From NCBI RefSeq assembly GCF_041956535.1, contig NW_027192198.1, positions 779,311 through 843,310 on the forward strand: DNA of 64,000 nt. Reading direction: 5' to 3'. Below, piece after piece: positions 50,563-63,091 of the stretch (within the stretch, counting starts at the first letter, position 1; each line of letters begins with the position of its first letter). The notes beneath the pieces were generated by a model. It searched no databases. It had not been told where the DNA came from and saw only the letters and a list, made by a program, of their open reading frames with translations. This stretch comes from Calcarisporiella thermophila CBS 279.70. Lineage: Eukaryota; Fungi; Calcarisporiellomycota. A program made the translations under genes and the position numbers.

Positions 50563-52384
50563 TTAATATAGACTATGCTTGGAAATGGCGTCCAGGACGA
50601 TGGCCCGTTCCTCCGAGGTATCCGTAAAAAGATAGTGGGATCCATCGGGGGTCTCCACTTTGAAGCTGTTGGGGAGCACGATCTCGTCCTTGGCGTCATG
50701 AATGAGAAGATTGTTGGAAAAGTCAAGCACGGCGATAGGAGTGGCATCCTAGATTCACGCGAATTATTACAGATTCAATATGGATAATTCTTAATTGGAA
50801 AAATCCAGCTCACTCACCTCCACTGACTTGAATACTTCCAGAACGTTCCCCCTCAATGTGCACCAGCGACGGCGCCAAACCTTGTTAGTCAAGTGTGAGT
50901 TCAAATACTATCCTAGGTTAGCGAAAAGCTCTAAGAGCAGCTTACCCATATATTCTCTGTTTGAATGGTGATGAATCCTGTGAAGATGGGGGTCTATGGT
51001 TTAAAATTCCAGAACTGATTAGAGCTACGGGCAGGAGAATTGCTTTTTTTCTTCTTCTTAGGAATAGAACTCTCCCTACCTTTAAAGAAGGCGTGGAAGA
51101 GTTTGACTTTGCGTTGGTACGGAACGGGTTGTTAGATTTCTCCTCGACCTCTGGCTTCACTACCTTTTCCACCTCTTTCTCTTTTCCTTTCTTTCTGATC
51201 TCTATCTCTTCCTCATCAGGTAGATCCATTCCTACAGAACTCTTCGCTGGTTCTTTGATGATAGGTATCACTGACTCTGTTGCAACATGTGGGGGTTCCT
51301 GTTTAATATATTTCTCCTCAGCTTCATTCGCTGTGTTCAGTGAAGCTTTCGCTTCGACCTCTTCTCTCGCTTCTGGCTCCACATTTGTACCTCCTTCTTC
51401 GTCGAGTTTCTTTGCGGCCTTTCGGCGTCTTGGCGACAGCGTCCCCAGAATTCCTTCTCCACCCAGTGCCCAATTCTCCACCCCCTTCATCATCTCATCC
51501 TCTTCAACCAGGCTCTCAGGCGACTCGGTCCCTGGCGCTACAGCGGAAGTTGTATGGACGATTGGATCAGTGAGGGAGGGGGCCGTGGCATGAATAGGAG
51601 AAGAGGTGAGTTCGGAATTGGATTTGATTCCATGAGGGGATACAGGGGGGGTATTGAGGTCAGTGGAGGCATCCTCCTCGAGTGAGGGAAGACGAAGACG
51701 CTGTCGTATCATGTTGTCACTAAGGTCGAGGATGTGGGTGGCCGTGAGATGATAGTCATATTCCTGGTCGTATCGTAGAAGTTAGCCAACTTGATAAGCT
51801 TACTTGAGGGTGGAAGAAATGGAAGGAAGGAAGGAACTTACGGGAAGTCGTGAGCCAAGGGTTCTCGTATGGACGAGGGCACGCGCTATCGAGAATATTA
51901 GTTAGATAGAGCTCATTTTTTCAATTATATCCATCTTGGGGTTATCTACCTTTCTTCACACCACTAGTGGTTTTAATAAAAATGCATGCATAAATAAATA
52001 GAGGGTGAATATTGCGAATAAAATTATGCGTGTATCAATATAGGCACGCTCTCACTATATCCATCCTATTGCACACTCACCTAATCTTCTCGGTCATGTA
52101 GGTGACAAATAAACATCGATCCTTCACACGCAGAAATCCGTATTGCACTTCGTCATCTCGTAGTTGGGCCCGAAATTCGGCCAATCCGCCCGTCCCACTT
52201 GAATACAGCGAGATAGAATCGCGGGTTCCATTATAACCCATCAAAATCCTACAACATCACATTAATACGTTTGCGGTCTTAGATGAAGTGAGAGATGAGC
52301 CAAGATGCTTTACCAATTAGTGGGGCCATCAGAGCGAATACGCGCGTAGGCATCATGCACGCCGGGATCCAGTTTGCAAGCCAT
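50563..52384 (-). CDS. ADF-H (drebrin/coactosin-like) + disordered linker + C-terminal PH-domain protein
   Basis: N-term AYARIRSDGPTNWILMGY...GTGGLAEF..QL.DDEVQYGFLRV...GVKKARALVH; C-term GYL...WRRRWCTLRGNVL...LPNSFKV...YLFTD..EE...LDAI. Includes a 14-nt exon at 51950-51963. Confidence 0.75.
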
Positions 52385-53691
52385 TAGTGAAATAGAGTAA
52401 AAGTAGAGATAATTAGAGCGAGGCCAATAAGAAAGTTGAGTAGATTATGGGATGGTAAGATAACAATGGCAAAAGAGAGAAGAAAGGAGACTAAGGGACA
52501 GGGAAAACGAGGGCCTAAATTTGAAAGAGATAGCCGATTTTTTAATAAAGCATGTAGGGAAATGTTAAACAAGCCCAGACGCTGATTTTTAATGTCTCCA
52601 AAAGCAGACTTTCTGTGGTGGGGCTAAACTCTAAAGAGACTGGAAGCCACCCATCTCTCCTCTGGTACCCTATGAAGGCCAAGGATTCCGGCCACTTCGA
52701 TTCTGCTGCGCCCGCCCGGGCCAGATCGGAACTAGGGGTCGAGATTCAGCCTTTTTATCACGGCCTGCATTTGCAATAAAAAGATCGACGAGCTCTTTCA
52801 CTCGGAAGAAGAGTGTATGTGGAGTTAGTTTAGCGATAAGAAGTCTATAAGCTGGGAGTATAGTGTGGTGCAGACTAACCCCGGTGCTGGTAGCGAAGCA
52901 AGAGCCTATACCAGCGAGAAAAGTCTATCGCAGTGGAGCAGGCGGGTGGCTAAAGCGTTATTCCATTATGAACTACAATCGAACTGCCATGGACGTGCTG
53001 CTTGGGACCTTTTTCTGGGTAGAAACCCGATTTGTTGCAGTGAGCATCTGAGAGAAATGGCCTCCAAATGGGGAAAAGTGGCCTATAATTGAGCAGCTTG
53101 AGCATGAAAGATTAAAAATCTGGCCGAAACACTCTCAACTTACGGTTGCTGTAAAGCTTTGTTTTTTATTTTAGGCTGCTCCGTTCAGAAATCTCTAAGA
53201 CAAAATGAGAATGACAGCACGGTAGATCCACCGTGCACTTGGTTGTTCTCGAGAAAAAGCGGCCCAAGGTAACGAAAAAGCCAATTCGCATGATCCAAAC
53301 CAAGCCATGAATAGCCTAACTCCACCAGGCCGTCTGCAATAGGCTCTCTCTCCCTGATTGAATCGAATTTAGAATCCTACCCTGAATACAGTAACAAAGA
53401 GCAGCAGGTTTCCTGGCTTGCGTCCACTCGACACGCTTATTTCCACTTTGTCCATGGCTTGTTTGGAGGACAAGATAGGAAAGCTCTATCCGTATCGAAT
53501 CCCGCTCACCTTTGCAACATGGTCGCTCTCCTTAAAAAAATATATTGCAAATGTATTAAGAATTTTGAAAGAATAAAAAAGAAGTCTCTACAATTTTTTC
53601 TTTTTTAGTTTCGCCATATATTAATAAAAAAAAACTTGAAAACAAAATCCTAAAATTTTTTAAACTAACATCAACGCCAATCTCCCAGCAT

Positions 53692-55809
53692 TTAGTCAAC
53701 CTCCTCCATGGTGGACTCGCCGGTCTCCTCCAGAGCGGGTGCGTCGGAGGTGGTGACATCAGCAGCCTCGGTGGTGTCGTCGTCGATCGACAAGCCGAGC
53801 TTGATCATCTTGTGGATGCGGCTGGCGAAGGAGTTGGGCTCCTCAAGTGAGAATCCGGAGGAGAGCAGGGAGGTCTCGAAGAGAAGCATGACGAGGTCGC
53901 TGACGGTGCGGTCGGAGGAGTCGGCCTCAAGCTTGTCCTTAATGGACTTGATGATGGGGTGGTTGGGGTTCACCTCCATCGTCTTCTTCGACAGCATGTA
54001 GGTGGTCATCGAGGTATCACGGAGCGCCTGCGCCTTCATGATACGCTCCATGTTAGCGGACCAACCGAACTGGCCAGTCACAAGCACGCATGGAGAGTCG
54101 GTGATGCGGTTCGACACAACAACCTTCTCGACGCGGTCGCCAAGGATCTCCTTCATCTGCTTGCAGAGGTTCTCGAACGACTTGGTCTCCTCCTCGCGGG
54201 CCTTCTTCTCCTCCTCGGTCTCCTCGAGCTCGAGCCCCTCCTTGGTGATGCACACCAGCTTCTTGCCGTCGTACTCGCGCAGCTGCGTCACGGCGTACTC
54301 GTCGATGGGGTCGGTCATGAGCAGGACCTCGAAGCCCTTCTTCTTGAGCACCTCGAGGAAGGGGGAGTTCTCGATGGCGGCGCGGGACTCGCCGGTGATG
54401 TAGTAGATGTTCTTCTGGATCTCGGGCATGCGGGTCACGTAGTCCTTGAGTGAGGTCATCTCCTCGCCGGACTTGGTGGAGTGGAAGCGAAGCAACTCAG
54501 CGAGCTTGGCGCGGTTGTTGCTGTCCTCGTGGATGCCGAGCTTAATGTTCTTGCCGAACGCCTCGTAGAACTTGTTGAAGTTCTCCTTGTCCTCGGCGAT
54601 CTCCGCGAACATCTCGAGACACTTCTTGACGAGGTTCTTGCGGATGACCTTGAGGATCTTGTTCTGCTGCAGCATCTCACGGGAAATGTTAAGCGGCAGG
54701 TCCTCGCTGTCGACCACACCCTTGACGAAGTTGAGCCACTCGGGAATGAGGTCCTCGCAGTCGTCCATGATGAACACGCGGCGCACGTACAACTTGATGT
54801 TGTTGCGCTTCTTGCGGGTCTCGAACAGGTCGAAGGGTGCGCGGCGGGGCACGAAGAGGATGGCGCGGAACTCAAGCTGACCCTCGACGGAGAAGTGCTT
54901 TACGGACAGGTGGTCCTCCCAGTCGTTGGTGAGGGCCTTGTAGAAGGCGGCGTACTCCTCGGAGGTGATGTCTTCGGGGTTGCGGGTCCAGAGGGGCTTG
55001 GTCTTGTTGAGCTCCTCAGTCTCGGTCTTCTTCTCCTTAATCTTCTTGGTCTTCTTCTCCTTCTTTTCCTCCTCGTCCTCGGCATCCTCTACCTTGGGCT
55101 TCTTGTCCTCCTCGCCCTCCTCCTCCTTCTTCTCCTCCTCAACTGCCTCCTCGTCCTCGACCTCCTTCTCGACCTCACGCTCGACAAGAAGCTGGATGGG
55201 GTAGGAGATGAATTCGGAGTGCTTCTTCACGATCTCCTTGATGCGCTTCTCCTCGAGGTACTCGGTCTGGTCCTCCTTGAGGAACAGACGCACCTCGGTA
55301 CCGCGACCAAGGGTAGGGTTCGGGTCACGGGTCACAGTGAAGTGGCCACCGGCGGCGGACTCCCAGATGTACTGCTCATCATCGTTGTGCTTGGTGACCA
55401 CCTGCACCTTGTCGGCGACGAGATATGCCGAGTAGAAACCAACACCAAACTGACCAATCATCGAGATGTCAGCGCCGGATGAGAGAGCCTCCATGAAGGC
55501 CTTGGTGCCGGATTTGGCGATTGTGCCGAGGTTGTTAACAAGGTCGGCCTTAGTCATACCAATACCTGTGTCACGGATGGTCAAGACCTTGTTTTCTTTG
55601 TCGGGGATAATGCGGATGTAGAGATCCTTTCCGGAATCGAGTTTGGAGGGATCCGTGAGGGATTCGTAGCGGATTTTATCGAGAGCATCAGACGCGTTAC
55701 TGATAAGCTCACGAAGGAAAATCTCCTTTTGAGCGTATACAGCGTTGATGATAAGAGACATAAGCTGGCTGACCTCAGCCTGGAAAGCAAACGTTTCGAT
55801 ATCGCTCAT
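53692..55809 (-). CDS. HSP90: Cytosolic Hsp90
   Basis: 705-aa intronless [23 protein letters not shown]-terminal MEEVD; probable 5'UTR intron. Confidence 0.98.
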   Translation of the reverse strand: MSDIETFAFQAEVSQLMSLIINAVYAQKEIFLRELISNASDALDKIRYESLTDPSKLDSGKDLYIRIIPDKENKVLTIRDTGIGMTKADLVNNLGTIAKSGTKAFMEALSSGADISMIGQFGVGFYSAYLVADKVQVVTKHNDDEQYIWESAAGGHFTVTRDPNPTLGRGTEVRLFLKEDQTEYLEEKRIKEIVKKHSEFISYPIQLLVEREVEKEVEDEEAVEEEKKEEEGEEDKKPKVEDAEDEEEKKEKKTKKIKEKKTETEELNKTKPLWTRNPEDITSEEYAAFYKALTNDWEDHLSVKHFSVEGQLEFRAILFVPRRAPFDLFETRKKRNNIKLYVRRVFIMDDCEDLIPEWLNFVKGVVDSEDLPLNISREMLQQNKILKVIRKNLVKKCLEMFAEIAEDKENFNKFYEAFGKNIKLGIHEDSNNRAKLAELLRFHSTKSGEEMTSLKDYVTRMPEIQKNIYYITGESRAAIENSPFLEVLKKKGFEVLLMTDPIDEYAVTQLREYDGKKLVCITKEGLELEETEEEKKAREEETKSFENLCKQMKEILGDRVEKVVVSNRITDSPCVLVTGQFGWSANMERIMKAQALRDTSMTTYMLSKKTMEVNPNHPIIKSIKDKLEADSSDRTVSDLVMLLFETSLLSSGFSLEEPNSFASRIHKMIKLGLSIDDDTTEAADVTTSDAPALEETGESTMEEVD

Positions 55810-56646
55810 TGTTTTTGATTTTTCTACGAGAAGAAAAAAGAGGATAGATTCAGATTAGCTCTCTGCACGCAATCATGGGGAAAGGACCCTTGATCAAGGC
55901 TGGCGAAGCAGCTCCGCAATCAATCAAGGAAATGCACTCCACCTTTTTTAAAAAACCGTTAAATTAAAAAAGAAAAAGAAAATGCAGATGGTTTATTCGT
56001 TAAAAAAAGTGGAGATATGAGGAGTTGACGTGACAAGCGTCGGGATGAGCCAAAGAAGAAGAAGAAGAGTAGGAAGAAGAGGGCAGCATTTGAGAGTATG
56101 GATTTATACAAATAAAAATTTTTTCACGCTCCGACCACGAATTTCTAAGAGCTTCCATCAACTCTGCTCGAGTGCTTTATTTTTTCCTTGCACCGCCATG
56201 GAATTTAAGCTTTGGACTTTGTGATTTCCCTCTCTCCCCTCCCCCACTTCAAACAGTATAGACCCACCTAATATAAGATACTTGAGACGAAAAAGATGCA
56301 TAGATTAATCTCCATAGATTTTTTTATTATCTTTTCTTGAAGAAATAGAACAACGTTGTTGCCAGCACGCTAAAAAGTATAGTAGTAAAATAAAAGAAAA
56401 AGAAAAAGGCATCTCGTATTCTCACACCAATTATAAAAAAAAAGAAGAGAAAAAAAATTTCTACTCAAAAAAAAAAATATAAAAACAAAAACAAAAGAAA
56501 ACTTAACGGTAAATATAAAGATAAGAGATTTGAGGGGAAAAGAAAAAAAAGTTGGCAAAGGTTTTAATAGAAGGGGGAGCAAAAAGAGAGAAAAATTTGG
56601 GGAAAGGAAGGGGGACGGGGAAGAAAAAAAAAATAAAACTTGCGAT

Positions 56647-57438
56647 CTACAGAACCAAACACTTGGCCTTCTTCTTGGTCACAGGCGGCTCTAGAGCAGC
56701 CACAATAGCCTCATCGAACACGTTCTTCAGCCCCTTTTGCGTAAGTGCGGAGCACTCAACATATTTGACCGCACCAAGCTCGCGTGCCAAACGCTCGCCT
56801 TGCTCGTATGAGATCGGGCGCTGTTTTTGCCGAGCAAGCTTCTCCAACACTGAGGGGTCGTCGCGCAAATCGACTTGTGTGCCCACAATTAAGCACGGCA
56901 CACCTGGACAATGGTGATGAACTTCTGGGAACCATTTTTCCTTGACATTCTCGAAGCTGGCGGGCGAAGTCACCGAGAAGCACACGAGGAAAACGTCGGT
57001 TTGAGGGTAAGAAAGGGGGCGGAGCCGATCATAATCCTCTTGACCTATATAATGGGCACCGATTAAAATGGCGGCTCTTCATTAAGGGAATGGGGCACTA
57101 GAATAACCTACCGGCCGTATCGAAAAGGCCCAGTGTATAGGCATCCTGGCCAACCATTACTGTAACCGCATAATTGTCAAAGACCTACGCCCATTCCACC
57201 AAGGGCAAAAGAGCGAATAAAAGATTAGCACACCAGCCACACAATAAAGCATATGGCAAAGCTAGCTTACTGTTGGCACATATTCAGATGGGAATTTGTT
57301 CGTTGTGTACGAAATCAGAAGGCAAGTCTAACAGAGCAGGGGGGAGTGGTTAGAATTGGGCCATTCGCTTAGAATAGGGTATTATTTTACCTTCCCCACA
57401 GCACCATCTCCCACCACGACGCACTTGATTGTCTGCAT
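56647..57438 (-). CDS. CDC42: Rho GTPase Cdc42
   Basis: [52 protein letters not shown] box CLVL; four coding exons. Confidence 0.97.
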
Positions 57439-58129
57439 ACTGTCTCAGCCGGCTTCACAAAAAAAGAATGAGAGAACACGCGACAAAGCAATAGAATGGG
57501 AAACAAAATGTTAATCAAAGAATCGAATCTAAGTGAGGTTAAATAGAGGAGAAGGTAAATTCAATCAACATTTTATCTGCCGATATAAATGGTGGGCTAT
57601 GGAATCCCATCTACGCTCATCTATTCTCATCTAAGTAGTAATCAAGAAAAATAGCTCACCCCTAGGATAATCCAAGAGAAAGAAAAAAACTTGCGACAAC
57701 GGATAGGTAATAAGAACTACTCTTCTTATCAGGCCTATGACACGATGCAGGAAAATCAAAGCACACAGAAATCTGAGGAAGATGAAGAAGAAGTCAAGTG
57801 GAGATGGGCAAAATCAGAAGAAGAGGAGAGCAAAGTGGATTTGCAAAAAAGAGATCCAAAAAAAAGCCTAACTTGCTCGAATACAAAACGCACTCAACGT
57901 CACCAGTGTGACTGGACCTTTATCACAAAATTTGAATTTTCGGATTTTATTATCATTGGGATGAAGGCCCCCTACACCAAATTCAAGGCAAAAGTCTCAT
58001 GAAATTATATTTTAGTAAATACAAGCGGCAATCAGCGAGCACTTGAAGTAAAATTAGGTATCCTGTCCTTTCCTCCCCCTTTACACTTTTTCTTTCTTTT
58101 TTTTCATGGCTTTGCGACTGTGACCATAT

Positions 58130-60181
58130 TTAAAGCTTCGCCTCGCTCACTACTCCGCTCGAGTTTACCTCCCGACACACCTCTGCCATATTGCGAAGTG
58201 CGTTTCGGACGGCCTCTTTGAACCGCGCAGTGCTCGTCTCTTTGCACGAGAATTTGGACTCGAGTCCAAATTTGATCACCTTACTTCCTGACATATAATT
58301 AGTCCCATATCCGTCGGGCACCACGGCTCCGAACCCGGTTCCTTGAAACATGTCGCCAGCAAAGAGGCCGGAGGTCGAGAGTCGGAATCGACACGACAAC
58401 GCCAGCGCTGGATCCTTGAATAGGGCCACCTCGCCGTCTAGGCTAGGACGATGCACCAGCCGTAACCCAAGAATATGGCGATCACAACCCTTCCCAGACA
58501 TGGCGAGCTTCATATAGTTCAAATGGGCTTTGACTGCCTCCTGGAGGAGGCGATACTTCTCCTTAGCATCAATAGAGCCATTCACCATGGCTTCGCAAAA
58601 GACTCGGCTCTCTACGCTGAGGGAACGTAGTGTTTCCGTGCGACCATGCAGGAACTGGCGAGTAGAGGCGGTCTCGTATGTGGCGGTGAATGTACCATGC
58701 AGACTGTAAAATGCAAGTTGAAGAGCCATCTGAACGTAGGCATCCGGCGAGAGTTTTGCTATATAAGAAGGCGACGCCAAGAGGATAGGTAAGTAAGATG
58801 CGGGCTTTGGAGTGGGGGAGAGGCAATGGAGGGCAGTTACTTACCAACTTTCTTTATAAAATCGGTGCCGTAATCATCGAAGGTGAGGATGTCGGTGTCG
58901 CTATCCTCGATCAATGCGTCGGCGCGCTTCTGTGCTTCTGCTAGCCGACGCCTTGTTTCCTCATTGGTGATGAACTCAAGGTGGTGTGCAGGGGGCAGCT
59001 GGACTGAAGGCGGGAGAGGATCGGTCGGAGTCTTTCCAACTCTCCTCATCGCGTAGTCCATGATCAACGCGGGAATCAACGCGTCGCAGGGCGAGTGTTC
59101 TCCGTTGCACCCCATTTTCCCTTCTCTATCGGCTACTATGGTGATGGCTTTGTCGAACCACCGGTTTTGTCCTCGGCGTCCGCAGAATACATTTTTGACC
59201 ACCTGTGGTCGACTCTCTCCAACGGCATAGTCATCCAACGCTACAGCAAACAAGGCTAACTCGATCTGATTCAGCGTGTCACGGTTCTTGTCGGGGGCGA
59301 TTTCCAGCAAATGCTCGCGGTTCTTCGTCCATTCGTCTCGATGATCACTTGTAAACAAAGGAACAGGAACGCACTCCCCTCTCTGCTCAGCATCCCGGAC
59401 TGCTGCCCACATCTGCTTCTCCACCTCGCCATCTGAAAGGGGCCGGCCATTTTCATCGTAAACGTTTACGCGATAAATACGATTATGCACAAGAACAATG
59501 ATATGCCGAGCCGGGTGAGGGTGGGGAGCATGCACGAGTGTGTCGCAGTCATGCTGTGGAATGCGGGTAAAACCGAACACTTGTGTGTACTGGTGCATAC
59601 AAATGGGAGCACCATCGCGAAGCCTTTCAGCGGGGAGGGTTTGACTAAGTTAGAAAAACCATCGACGAAAAAGTTAATTTAACCTAGTACTCAGCAGATT
59701 CTAAGCTGGAGTTTCTCAGCTACTGAACCTACCTATCTATCATCTCCTTGAAATCTATCATCCTCATCACACATCGGGCAGCCCTTCTAATTTGGTAGGG
59801 AGTGAAACCTGAGTTTCCCTCCAATCTTCTACTTCCCTCTTCATCGTTGAAAATGATAAACCAATTGGAATTCACAAGCAAAGCATCCCTCCATTCAAAA
59901 TAAGCCTTGCGAATCCAAAATGCATCATCCAGCCAGTTATAAGGGCTAGAGCGATCGATATCAATCAGGCGCTGCTGTAAACGATTGCCAATTCCTGAGG
60001 GAGAGAGGAATTCGCGGACATTTTGTTCGGAGCGCGCGTACTCTTCTGGGGTTAGGAGCGGACGCAATGAGCGCAGGTAGAGAGAGAGAGAGGATTGCAG
60101 GGCGGGGATCGGAAGACGAGGAAGTCTGGATTGAAGGGCGAAGGTTGGAATTGGATCCTTCTTCTGTTGCTGCTGGCTCAT
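58130..60181 (-). CDS. Carnitine O-acyltransferase, C-terminal AKL
   Basis: LPRLPIP, NRWFDK, GEHSPCDA, SPDAYVQMALQLA, TYETASTRQFLHGRTET, GCDRH, GFGAVVPDGYG; three exons. Confidence 0.93.
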
Positions 60182-61063
60182 TTTTGTTTTCGAAGAAATC
60201 CGATACACTACGAGTAATGGAGAGTGGTAAAACTTCCTAGCGCCTAGGTGTCTTAAAAATTCATATGACAATTAGTTTTGTATTTTATACCCTCACATGG
60301 AAAATCGGCTTTGCGTAACCCAATTAACGCACGAGATTGCTATGGCTCTACCTCCATATCATAAAGCGAGAATAATATAAAGGACTGCTAAGGTCTTCAA
60401 GATATTGAATTGGATGGTGCTGGTTGTTTTGTTTAGAAGCTGGTAAAACTCTGCGGGTGTTGCTTTTTTTTCCCTGCTTTCAATGGCTCATATTCTAGCT
60501 TAGCTCGCAAGAGATCCTGCCAATATCCGATAGGCTCCGAGACTACCACTTGCCATGGAGAATACATTGCGCCTTTCTCCCTCGACCAACGGGTGAGCTA
60601 GAGGAACTGAAGCCGCGAGTGCACTGAGCGCGAGAAACATACGGCCATTATCCGGGCTAACCTCATGTTGGATGAGAGAAAAGTCGGGTCATGCGCAGCA
60701 ATGCTTTACAAACCCGTCCGCGGTATATGCACAAGCCTCGAGAGAGCGGGAAAATGGGGAAATGGGTGGCCCGGAGTAATCTAGCCATTTTAAACCGAAC
60801 TCCCGGTGTGCTTAAATGGATTGACGTATTTGAAGAATGTCGTCTTTGTTTGCCAGAAACAAATGGATGCAGCGCAGAGGAGAAATATGTGGAGCAAGTA
60901 CGCACTGGCTTTGACTCGTCCTAATCAGGAACAATTAAATTGAAATATTTGGGAAGGCCTAACATTCGTTCGTACTGCCCTTTCGATCGAGCCTCCTCTT
61001 TAGCTTGCTATACTAAACTCCTCACGCTTCTTGAACATTCTTTCCACTTCAAATCACGAATCT

Positions 61064-61321
61064 ATGACTTGTCGCATTGGACCTATTCTTCTCCTATCTC
61101 TTTTCCTTCTAGTTTCTTTGGTTCATTCCCAAGTCATCTCTTTGAATCCTGATCTCAACATACAGCGTCAACTTGACGAGGGGAGATTCAAGCTCGTCGG
61201 TGGACAGGGCAATCCATTGAACCCGAAGCTAGGACCGGGCCTGTCCGGGACCAAGATTGATGGAACAGAACTGGACAACACCGTAGATGATCACACTATT
61301 GAGCCGGATCTACTTGAATGA
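61064..61321 (+). CDS. Small secreted orphan protein, 85 aa
   Basis: ATG, hydrophobic signal peptide (PILLLSLFLLVSLVHS|Q), hydrophilic mature part, U-rich 3' flank. Confidence 0.55.
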   Translation: MTCRIGPILLLSLFLLVSLVHSQVISLNPDLNIQRQLDEGRFKLVGGQGNPLNPKLGPGLSGTKIDGTELDNTVDDHTIEPDLLE

Positions 61322-61637
61322 ATTCATTCCCGGATATTGTTGGTTTTAGTTATTTTTTTATTAATTTATAGATGCCTCTTTGAGATCGTGTTTGACCATG
61401 TCATCATTTTAGCCTTTTTTTCTAAGCCCAGACGGCTGGGATCAATAGCAACCAGTAGCAGGGGGCAATAAGATAAAATAAAATATCAAGAATTATACAA
61501 TTTCTTTTAAAGGACAAAGAGTAAAAAATAATAATACTGCATGCAAATTTCCAATATATATAGAAGTAAAGGATGGGAAATAAAAATATCTATGTGTTTC
61601 AGCAAGCAAATTTCGTCTATCTCCTTTTTTTCATTTC

Positions 61638-63091
61638 TTATACAACCGCATCAAACAAGTAGCTGATGCTCTCTCCATTATGGGTCCGCCTGATGGCCTC
61701 CGCTAGAACCCCCGACACATCAATCACCGTCAACTTGGAGGAGCGAGCACGCTTTTCGGCAGGAATCGGAAAAGTATTGGTAACTACAACCTAAGCATTC
61801 AATCAAGATCCATTGTAGCCTAGGCAGGTATCTTGGACTCAGAATCACGTTTACTTACCTGATGCACATTTTGACAAGCTTCAATTGCGTCCACCGAATT
61901 TCCGCTGAGCAGCGCGTGGGTGGCGATGATATATACTTTTTTCGCCTTGCACTTGGTCACCAGATGATCCGCAGCATTCAAAAACGAGTGGCATTCATCT
62001 ATCATATCATCCTTAACGAGAAGTAGAAAGTTATTATCTTGCTTGACCCTGGCAAGAAATTTCCACAAAGGAAACGGTCCAGATAAGTTACCACAATAAA
62101 TGCGATCTTTCCGTTGGCATCCCCAACCAGGGTGATGCTAGTCTGTTCGCCGTTCTCGTTGCACACCACACTCACATCGGCAGACACGCTCTCATCCTCC
62201 ATCAGTTCCTCGCCATCCATCTCCGTCATTCTTGCAACGCTCTGCGTTCTCTTCATTCCGTTAGTACCTGGCCGCGTTCGCTCCTTATGGATCAATGCAA
62301 AATCGATTTTGAGGCGATCTGCAAGCGATGTAACCCGCTTTGCACCGCCTGGGTTCTTCGAAACCACAACACCCTGTTCGTAACCGGGAACATTCTGCTG
62401 TATCCATCTCGCGATATTCGGTTCGGCGAAGAGGTTGTCGACGGGTTTGTTGAAGAATCCCTGCATTTGAGAGGCATGCAGGTCCATCGTCTTTTATATA
62501 AAAATTATTAGAGATCAATACTTGTTTCTTGCTTAAAAAAAATGCAAACGAATAGATCACTCACTATAACATGATCCACTCCCGCCACAGACAGAACGTT
62601 AGCCACCACTATTTCAACACAATGTTTAAATTTCTCAGTAGACACTACGCAAAAATTAACATCCTGGATTACGTTTTGCAGTGATAGAGCTTCGATAGGC
62701 CTTCTTTTTCGACTGCTTGGAATAAGGGAAGTAAGGTACGACGGCCGTGATGCGCCGAGCGCTAGCACCCTTACATGCCGACACCATAATGAATAGCTCC
62801 ATCAGGTGATCGTTGACAGAAAATCCACCCGATTGAACAATGAACACATCCTCGTTCCTAACAGAACACCCTAAGAGAAGCAGAGGAGAAAAATTATATT
62901 GGGATGTCGTGCAGAGAAAGGATTAGTGAGAGGCACTAAGAAGAAGTTGATTTCGTACCGATCTCGACACTCGTCTCCTTATTGCTGAACTTGGTGAGTT
63001 TAACAGGGGCCAAAGTCGTCCCGAGCCGCTCGGCTATAAGGGCCCCAAGTTCAGGGTGAGAGGAACCGGCAAATATTTTGGTGTTTCGCAT
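61638..63091 (-). CDS. PRS1: Ribose-phosphate pyrophosphokinase (Prs1-like, with insertion)
   Basis: [76 protein letters not shown]; multi-exon. Confidence 0.92.

Noticed and set aside
54481-55482. 333-aa antisense ORF in HSP90
   Set aside because: Expected artefact of extreme C/G-ending codon bias.
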